Shown here piece after piece: positions 36,501 through 45,400 of a DNA stretch of 60,804 nt. The number at the start of each line of letters is the position of its first letter. Within the stretch, counting starts at the first letter, position 1. The translations under genes were made by a program, and so were the position numbers. The notes beneath the pieces are model-generated. The model was not told the DNA's origin, ran no database searches, and worked only from the letters and a program-made list of their open reading frames with translations. Source of the stretch: a virus (taxonomy: Duplodnaviria > Caudoviricetes); IMG/VR virus record IMGVR_UViG_3300035670_000221, positions 1 through 60,804 of that record; one strand, given 5' to 3'.

Positions 36501-38620
36501 TAGATGCTCAAAATAAATTGGCAGAAGTTACTGCTAATTTATTCTCAGCTAATGAGCAGTTATTAAAGAGTTATCAAGATTTAGATTCAGCAATTGCTCA
36601 ATCAAATGACGGGGCGCTTAAAGATATTAAAAGTGCATGGATAGATGCTGCTAGAAATGGTCTAGCAAGTGCTGAACAAATTAAAAAGATACAGAATGAG
36701 TTAGAGTTACTTTATTTAAAGCAAGCATATCCTGATCAATACATAGCAAAGCCCGGTAATGCTATAATTAGACCTCCAATGTCTACCGAAGGTGGAACAA
36801 TTGGCTCTGCGCTTTCTAATCGTGTTCCTGCGGATGGAAGATACGCGCCGGGATTAGCCGGGCAATCTGTCTATAAAGAAATAGATGCTGCCAAACTAAA
36901 TGTAGATGAATTTAAGAAATATTTTAAAGAAACAGAAACAGGACTTAAGTTTACAGCAGATATGCCCAAAAATCTTCAAACAAGTCTTGCATTGTACGGT
37001 TTAGTAGCAGAGATAGGTAAGACTAATGCCGAAGAAGCAGACAAATTTGCCAAGGCATTAGAAGAAGCCGGAATATATATGGATAACCTTAGCGCAGGAT
37101 TGCTAGGGTACCAACAACTTCAAGCTACTCTAAATTCTCAGTTAACTCTTGGAATGATTACCCCTGAACAGAAAGCAAATGCTGAGAAACAATATAGAGC
37201 AGCACTATCAGCGTCTTCGCAATTAGGTACTATTAATTATGCGCCCGGTCGTTATGGTTATGAGCAAAGACAGAAAGATGCTAGTACTCTTAACAAAATA
37301 GCGCAAGACCCTAAGATGGTATTCTCTCCAAATACTAAACCTTATAATGATTTATTAAGCGTTGTGTCTAAGTTGCGTCCCGAGCTTAAGGATATGCCTT
37401 GGGATGAAGCAGCCCAAGCATTACAGAAGATGGGGTTCCATATTGCTTATACAGCGGATGCTGCTAGTAGTGCTTACAACGAGCTTGATAAATATGCAGA
37501 ATCGATAGAATCTATTGAGGCTGCTGCGGCTGGTTCAACTCAAACAATTGCAGATATGTCGTTAGCACTATATGAATCTTATATTAATGGAGAATTAACT
37601 TCTAAAGAATACGAAAATTTAGACTCTAGACTAAAAAATATAGGAGATTCTGCTCAAACAGCATATGAAGCTTTAGCAAATCATCCTAATTTCGTAGAAG
37701 AGGTTGCTAGCGGAAACGAGCAATGGGACGCAATGATCAAGCATCTAGAAAAAATTCCTGGCTTGGAAAATGCTTCCTCATTAAGTCTTGAAGAATTAAT
37801 TGGTAAGGTTAGAGATTATGGAGCAAGGCAAGATAATACAAATCAGCAAGCCAGCACATGGGCAGCTTTACTTATATGGATTGGTCAAATTATAAATGCT
37901 TTACCTGATTATAAAGTAACTACCTATGAAGTAAGAACAGTATACACTCAGGGTAATAAGCCAGCATTTAGAATTGTTGGTGGAAAGAAAGTGCCAATAA
38001 ATGCTGGTAGGGGAGCAGCATATGGTGGACCTACTACTACTACTTCTGGTGGTTCTTCTACCTTTAAGCCCCCACCATTTCCAGATTTTAATCTTGGAAT
38101 AGGGGGCGCTGGTGGCGGCTCTAGTGGTGGCGGTGGCGGAAGTAGTGCCCGACGAGGCTCAGTTGATATGCCAGAGGAATTCGCTGGCGATCCTAAGTAC
38201 TGGGCTAAGAAGGCTGTTGCTTGGGCTAGAAAATATCAGAACGCTATCCCCGGTGAGAGGGCTGAACACGCTAGAGACTTAGTAGCCATCATGAATGGCA
38301 ACAATAGAATTCTACTACAGCGAGGAATCAGCGAAGAGTATCTACGAAAGGCCATGCAGGAGTTATCAGATCAAATTAAGAAGCAGAATGAATTACTTCT
38401 TAAAGCAGATACCATGCGCAGAATTCGTGTAGGTAGTGGAGACTTTGCAGCCATTGCCAATGTACCGATGAATAGTAAGTCAGGCATCAGCGTGGGTGGA
38501 CCGGGACAACCAATTAATATTAACTTGAACATCAACGGTCAGGTTATGACGCCCGCACAGTTTACTCAACTTGCTAACGCAGTAGCGGCGCAAATCAAGA
38601 AGAGTTATCAAAACTCGTAA
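33587..38620 (+). CDS. Tail tape measure protein
   Basis: 1677 aa, Ala-rich and helical, TP901-like core (EVATAFKNL...GIQVRDAEGNARNF), hydrophobic segments. Confidence 0.92.
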   Translation: MPDVVFRIRSEGDIKQFLGSIQSSADSYISRTNRQLEQLFTGRMGNIFTGGFGNQGSGFGRYVDGFKAVGPAVRSASLEIDSFNNRLKAVAETGVRLSNGEFIPTGKIETFTGNAKGYIDSLEKIAQAETNLANTRAFNKRQQTRLSDTLTSTTASERARISQPFNTQIAEYSANRDMYSAEHQRLKAMVDAYKKFGAQVPSVINSEYQRVTRAMNAQGASIANAGRRMQAALAAGLNPTNNPQIAGALSKLTAFGQTAAESERAAVSSLQAARVASAQQMNAVPPVPANIKATLDSSTQLKNMLLKAGLGGGLGTDTPGFAKAVQGANFSAPYLDLVKGVTRVSGEFETATGKAVRFGAEIDKNGKVLTRFGGQLSGVGNFLRMIQRDFVKVIEWTVATTVVFASMGAAINTIKQINEVDKLLQRFAITAQMTAEETRGYFSELAKIAYQTATPLNEMIKVADDMALATRKAGQTTQEWTRQISEMGNAVGILTNIAGMETSQAADTLTATMKQLGVSTSDLVPILNKVSAVAGGQQQAISDVIRGLAVMAEAGKQAGLTIDQQIATVQTLSQVTSKSSAEVATAFKNLVGSIDSPGSIKILSEFGIQVRDAEGNARNFLQIYKDIQDAMDQGIIPEGRMKEVIRGISGGPRRAPDAAALLSNVNTIFEVEAQSVNAANEALLANAKILDTNSAKITQLQVKLDELAFEKFATVIRESVGDLAGIFKSILDIIGAIPNEWLKWGVQVLAFIGIIKAVSLVAKGIQAIIASFAGLIGASVVQAKALAGALNGTAAAARATQAGLGGGGTGPFGYGPPAPNPAAGAAAGGLFARLKDFAKAPGLGASVGTLGVGALLGAGVSAASGGDIFETIGSGLSGAGMTALVAPLPIPHIKALGAAALALGTALQFVGNTTKENKNELNSNTEAVLNAATAYTEADATIKSLTETQAKLIDQTNFLRNDKTEEGMNARIDAQNKLAEVTANLFSANEQLLKSYQDLDSAIAQSNDGALKDIKSAWIDAARNGLASAEQIKKIQNELELLYLKQAYPDQYIAKPGNAIIRPPMSTEGGTIGSALSNRVPADGRYAPGLAGQSVYKEIDAAKLNVDEFKKYFKETETGLKFTADMPKNLQTSLALYGLVAEIGKTNAEEADKFAKALEEAGIYMDNLSAGLLGYQQLQATLNSQLTLGMITPEQKANAEKQYRAALSASSQLGTINYAPGRYGYEQRQKDASTLNKIAQDPKMVFSPNTKPYNDLLSVVSKLRPELKDMPWDEAAQALQKMGFHIAYTADAASSAYNELDKYAESIESIEAAAAGSTQTIADMSLALYESYINGELTSKEYENLDSRLKNIGDSAQTAYEALANHPNFVEEVASGNEQWDAMIKHLEKIPGLENASSLSLEELIGKVRDYGARQDNTNQQASTWAALLIWIGQIINALPDYKVTTYEVRTVYTQGNKPAFRIVGGKKVPINAGRGAAYGGPTTTTSGGSSTFKPPPFPDFNLGIGGAGGGSSGGGGGSSARRGSVDMPEEFAGDPKYWAKKAVAWARKYQNAIPGERAEHARDLVAIMNGNNRILLQRGISEEYLRKAMQELSDQIKKQNELLLKADTMRRIRVGSGDFAAIANVPMNSKSGISVGGPGQPININLNINGQVMTPAQFTQLANAVAAQIKKSYQNS

Positions 38621-38632
38621 GGGGGGATAGAG

Positions 38633-39391
38633 ATGCCAACACCAGCGTACTTAGTAAAATATAATAACTATACCCTCCCAGGATTTGCACAGAGGGAATC
38701 GTTTGATTCAGTTACCAACATTGCCGACCACTATGCAGCCTATGTCGATGGATCATTGTCCGAAGATTTAGGGCTGGCAAATAAACAATTGACGGTAGGC
38801 ATGAAAGTTTGGGAGCAGGATTATATGACCTGTAAGGATCAAGTACAACTTGCTGCTACTATGGTGAGAAGTACGAAAGCCTTTGCTCCCCTTTATGTAG
38901 GCTATACAGATAAGCATTACATGGCTATGGGTAAGTCAGTAACTACGGAGAAGGATGCTGGTACTTCGGTACGCACTCTTGATTACGAGGTTCAGTTTGA
39001 ATGTAAACCGTGGCTGCAAAGTGATACTACCCATGTACTACATTACGGTGCTGTAACTGATCCTGTTACCATTACAACAGATGTAGTAGGGAGAACCATC
39101 GCTAATGGTGGGTGGACTCCAACAACACTTTATATATCCGGCGAAAATATTACTGTAAGTGGATATACATCTACAGGGGAGTTTACTGGCTTTATATCAA
39201 TATCTGGACAAGTTGCTCAATATGGAATATTCTCAGAAGATTTTGTGGCTATCAACGCCTCTGGTGTTAATGTAATAACAGAGATTATGCCGGTAGATTT
39301 TAGATTATATGTTGGGCCGGGAAAAACTTCCTTCTATATAACGGGCGCAGTATGGGCTAGATTAGAATATAACGATAGGTGGTATATCTAA
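38633..39391 (+). CDS. Distal tail protein (Dit-like)
   Basis: 252 aa after tape measure. YVDGS, FECKPW, terminal YNDRWYI. Confidence 0.75.
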   Translation: MPTPAYLVKYNNYTLPGFAQRESFDSVTNIADHYAAYVDGSLSEDLGLANKQLTVGMKVWEQDYMTCKDQVQLAATMVRSTKAFAPLYVGYTDKHYMAMGKSVTTEKDAGTSVRTLDYEVQFECKPWLQSDTTHVLHYGAVTDPVTITTDVVGRTIANGGWTPTTLYISGENITVSGYTSTGEFTGFISISGQVAQYGIFSEDFVAINASGVNVITEIMPVDFRLYVGPGKTSFYITGAVWARLEYNDRWYI

Positions 39392-39423
39392 TACAATAGG
39401 GAATCTCAAATACAATTGAGGGG

Positions 39424-42400
39424 ATGGAAATGTACACAGAGTATAGAGAGTTTGGGCAAGCATTAGCCCTAGTCGTAGGCTTCACGGATAACCGTGAAGA
39501 TGCGCTAGATTTTGGCGTGCTTGCCCCTCTTTATTTTTCTCAGTCCCCGTTTGTATTTACCAAGTCTGTAACTGATGGTTTAGAGAAAGTAAGACCTGAC
39601 GGCGGTAGCCCCGGTCAGAATGCTGTAGCATGGGCTAAGATAACCCTTCCCGGTAATAAGGTTCAGAATGTCTATATAGATAACTTTAATAGTTCAGAGT
39701 ATCCAAGTTATGCAGCAAATTATGATACAACTTACTATACTGCATTTATAGGCTCTAAAACCTATGGTATAGATTACGACTTTACAATATATGATGAAGA
39801 TTTTAATATCGTATCAACTGGAAACGCCGCTCCAATGGGAGATGACAGAATACAGCCATCATTCGTTAGAATGTATGCAACACTATCTCCCGGTAAGACT
39901 TACTGGATACGAATTGATGACTGGCACGCTAGCGGGGGTTGGAGAATACATGGTGAATTTCAGCAATATTTTCCGTCAGGTAATGCATTTGTTTATTTCT
40001 ATAACTATAATAATGACGATTATCTGCGACATACCGTTAGCATTTATCTTGGCGACCCAGCACAATTTGCACAAGCGAGAGTGCTAATTGATTCTCCTGT
40101 AAAGATAGCAACCGGTAATACAAGAACATGGATTACAAGGCCCGATGCTCAAGCCTATGCCATGACATATGTTGTCAAGCCGTATAAATTTGCGGCTACG
40201 CAAACGCTTATCATTAATGGATATAAATATGCGCAAGCCCGAGTATTTATTCGGGTGCAGGGAAACTATGCACAAGCAAATGCTAGAATAACGGATACAT
40301 ATGCTATACGCTACGCTCAGGCAAGAGTAAGGATCGCATATACTGGTGGTTTCGCTAACGCACAAACATGGATAGAAACTGAATATTATCAACCAGCACA
40401 GTCTGCTACCCTCATCGTATTCGGTGGAGCGTTAGCACAGGCACAGGCTTCCATAAATCAATCCTCCTATGTAGCACAGGCTCAGGCATATCTTTATTCG
40501 TTTGATCAGCCAGTACACGGACAAGCACTTACAAGCACTAAGGTTGAAACCTATGCTTGGGCGCAAGCAATGGTTTGGATAAAATTAAGAGCATATGGCG
40601 GCGCTCTCCTAGATACCTTTGATAGAACATCGACTGATCATTTATCATTCAACCTTGGCATGGCAAATACTGGGCAGATATGGCAATATGCAGGTGGTTA
40701 CTGGCAAGAATGGAGAGCGCATGTATATCCAGATAGCGGTAATCTAGTAGTAGAAAATCCTGGTACTTATAGTTATAATTATGTTTATGCCAAAACAAGT
40801 CCTTCACTACCAAGTATTAAAGAGTCTGGTACTGTAGAATTTGATATCTATATTCCTGCACAAAGATATAGTGGATATACTGGTTATCATTATATGTACT
40901 GGTATGATATAGATTGGTATTTTTATCTATATGATTACTCTGATACTACTTATCGTATGAGAGTAAATAGTACAAGTGTATATCTAGAAGTTACTCCTGA
41001 AAGAGAGACTTGGTATTCTGTAAAAGTTTCTTTTGATGTAACTGGTGAAGGTAGCAGTACTTATGCTAAGGCAAAGATGTGGAAGAGAGGTACTACCGAG
41101 CCTGAATCTTGGACTAGAATTCTTAGCGTTTATCCTTATACTAGTTATTATGATGAACCTCAATTATATATTTCTACTCCTTATATTAGAAAATATGACG
41201 GTATTTATGATAACCCACTAGGATTATTAGATAATTTAAAGATAACTACTCACTTTGATCAATATTTTAATCAAGGGTACGCTAATGCTACGGCAGACAT
41301 ACTTGCAATAAGTGATCATCCTGCTCAAGCACAAGCCTCAATAAACCAGTCCTCGTATGTGGCGCAAACACGGGTATGGGTTAAACAAACCTATAATATT
41401 TATTCTCAAGCACAAGCATGGATTAAGAAGGGCTGGGGATTTGGATTAGCGGGCGCTAAAATTAAATGGGTGCCTGATATTTATGCCAGTAAAGTCATCG
41501 AAGATGGGGCTACACACCTATATGGTATACACATTAAACCCTATCCTACTGAATATTATTGGCAAGACGAAATAGGTAATGCCAACTCTATTTATTATTA
41601 TTGGACTTATCTTAATACTGTAACTTCTCCTGTGCGCCCTGAAAAGATTGGCGCTTTTATGAATTACTACCGAGAATATAGACGATGGTACGATAATATA
41701 GTAGAAGAATTTTGGGGCGATAGATCGTGGACCATAGAAACATGGGTTAAATCACCACAGACTGCAAGTTATAGAAGCACAATCTTTGATCTGCGAGCAG
41801 GAAATAGTCCATACTATTATGTAACTGTATACTTTGGTAGCAACACGGGTGGAAATGGTAACAAGATTGTTACTTACTTTAATAACCCGGTAGATGTGAC
41901 AGAATATGCAGATACAGGCATAGTATATACTCCTAATACTTGGTATCATGTAGTATTAACTTATTCTAATAAAGAATTTAAACTTTATGTTAATAGTGAA
42001 TTAAAGACTACAACACAGCGGCCTAATTGGAATTTTAATACTAGTTCAGCCATATTTAGTATACATTATTCAGGCTGGTTTGGTTATAATAGTGGTACAT
42101 CAGAAGGTTTAAGCTATGATAACCTTGCTATTTATCCTCTAATTCTTACACCAGAACAGATATACGACCACTATCTATATGGTGTAGCACCTACTGGTCA
42201 AGCGCTGGCTTCAATTAACCAGAGTAGTTATGTAGCACAAGCACAGGCACGGATACTACGAACATATCCTAATGCTGACGGCCCCGGCCCATTCGCTCAG
42301 GCTGGTTTCTTGTATCGTACAGGACTATGCTTGGCACAGGCTATTGTTTATATCAGTCCAGCATTTGATCAAAATGTCTTTGGTCAAGCACAAGCGCGCA

Positions 42401-45400
42401 TAGTCGGTGTTCAATTCTACGGACAAGCACAGGCAATTATTCATGCACGCGATGGTATTGCTGCTAGGGTATTTGATGGGAATGCTAATAATATTAATGA
42501 TGTAGATATTCTTAGATTATGGGAATATTATAACGAAATTGGCCCACTTGAACCACAATACACTTACTCTCCACTAAAAATACCACCCACAGGTTTTCCT
42601 ACTACATTGGGTGGAACAATATCGGAAAACTGGGGAATTGTATGGGTTGCAAACTTTGTCGCAGATGAGGCAGGGGTATGGTATTTCTCTTCTGTTCACG
42701 ATGATTGGACTTATGTAGGTATTAAGAACTGGTCAACAGGTACCACAACTACCGTAATAAACAATACTGGAACTGGTACACATACGGGCAGTATAAATCT
42801 TACAGAAGGCCAGCAATATACCTTAGTCTGTGGCTTTAGTAACGGCGGTGGCCCTTGGTATATAGGATTAAAATACGGAAGACCGGGTAAGGGGTCGGCT
42901 GTTGACTACTTAACAGATGATAACCCCCCATGGATACCGGCATCTTCTCGTTATAAGAAAGCACAAGCAAATGCTTGGATCGTTTATATTGATCCAAATA
43001 GTGGGGCAACAGTTTGGCCTACATTTAGCCAAGCAAATGCTAGAATTCAGTACTCTAACCTACAAGCATACGGACAAGCGACTGTACAGTTTGGCACTTG
43101 GCGACCAGCACAGGCAATAGCACAGATAGCCTACAGCGTTACAGATAACTATAGGGGAGTAGTTCTTGCTGATAAGCCCATCTTCTACTTCCCCCTAGAT
43201 GATATGAGCGCTTCCTATAGTGCTTCTACTTACTATTCTGCTGCTTATCTTCCAGACCTAGCCGCTGACGGAAATACAAACGATGGTTGGGCAAGTCTAG
43301 GGTATAGTGCAGGAAATACTTGGTGGCAAGTTAATTGGAGAGAGCCGCAAACAATCCAGACTGTTACAGTAACAAACCGGCCCAACTATACAATGGGTTC
43401 AGGAAGAATTCTGTTTAGCGATGGATCATCGTTTAGTGTTACTTTCCCGTCCGCAGCAAGAGGGGTTTCTAACTACAGCACGCCTGTAACAAATGTTACA
43501 TGGATGAGATTAATAAGTGATTCTGGAGGAAATACAAACCCCGGCTTCTCAGAAGTAGAAGCATTCAATGGCGATACTAGAAATCTTGTTAGATGGCCGA
43601 TAATTAGCGGTATAGAAATAGAGCCAACAAAACTTAAAACCATTGTTGGTAGAAGAGATGCTACTTGGTCATCTACTATAAACCCGACCGGTACTCTTAA
43701 TACTGCTGTAGGATTTGGCGGGGCCGTTGATTTTAATAACATGGATGCAGTTGTTCCCGCTATTAATAGTGGTACAACAGGTGAAACTCTTACTTTCCCC
43801 GGCACATGGAAGACAGAAAGCAGTAGCTTTAAATTATCAACCCAGTTCTGGTTAAATGCAGGGGATACTGTAACTATTGATTTAACAAATGTGTATTGTA
43901 GTGGCTACAATATATCGCTGGGCCTATGGAAAACAAACGACGGCTCTACATCAGAAAATACCTATGCTTATATAGGAAGCGGGCCGATAACCGGAACCTT
44001 TACTAGAACAGCAACACAGACAGGTATACATTATATTTATATATATACGAGTGGAGGTCAGTCTTATCCACCAACTGGATCGGGCACCATTTCCTACCCC
44101 AACTATAATATAGAATCCTCTTTACCTATAACTGACGGCTCTCCCATAACTGTAGAATTTTGGTTAAATTATGACGGCCAAGATCAGAAAATGGTCCTAG
44201 GTTTTACTCATTATGATATTTTCTTAAGAAATACAGGTGCAATAGGATTTAATGATGGTGCAGGAAACCATTGGGGAACGCTTGGGATATCCGCAAACAA
44301 CTGGCATCATGTTGCTGCTGTTATGTACACGGGGCAAGCAGCCAATGTTGCTAACAAGATTTATATCGATGGCGTACAGAAAACACTATCTTGGATTTCT
44401 GGTACTGGAATAAATGTTAGGTATTTTTCTGAAAGGTTTGTTCTTGGTGGCTGGAATAGTAATACAAGTTATCGTGCTACATTCCCTATTGATGAATTAG
44501 CTATCTTTAACTACGAATTAACAGCCGAGCAAATATTAAATCACTATCAAGCTAGAAAGAATCAAGGCTACGCTATAGCACAAGCAAGAATAATAGCATT
44601 CGATGTTCCTCAAGTTGCTCAGGCTCAAGCGCAGTTTGGTACTTGGCGACCGGCTCAGGCATTAGCAAAGATCAATGCGTTTGATTGGCCGCAACAAGGA
44701 CAAGCACAGACATTAATTAGCACACGATACGGCCTAACTCGTATGACTTGGACCTCGCTATCGTCCAATGAGCCTGAACGATGGGGCGTAGGGAATATCT
44801 ACCGTTATGATATAGAGGGTATAAGAGGCTATCCAAATTATTCAGAATACGGTGAAAATCCCACATCATGGATTAGAGATGATGACTGGGGTATGGCGTG
44901 GTCTGTCCGCTTTACAGCAGATGCAACAGGTACTTGGCAATTTCAGACCATTTCTGATGACGGTTCCGAAGTACGAATTGATGGAGCTATAGTTGTAAAT
45001 AATAATTTTGGTGGGGGTCAAGGATCAACTACTAGATCAGGATCGATAACCCTTACCCAAGGACAAGAGTATAACTTACACGCACGATGGGGGCAAGGCG
45101 GCGGTCCTTGGAATATCACTATTCAATACAAGCGACCAACCGATTTATCTTGGCAGTATTTAACAAGTAATAATCCACCATGGATACTGGAATATTTCTA
45201 TGCTGGATTTGGTCAGGCTCAAGTATATACACAGAAAGGTATACGCTACGAGGGAGTAGGTCAAGCTCAGGCACGCTTAATTGCATTCGGTGTTGAGGGC
45301 GTTGGACAAGCATTAACTACTATCTTGCGCCCGTACCGAGTATATGCTCAGGCATTAGTACAACTTACAACTTCCTACCATCCAGCACAGGCCAAGGTTT

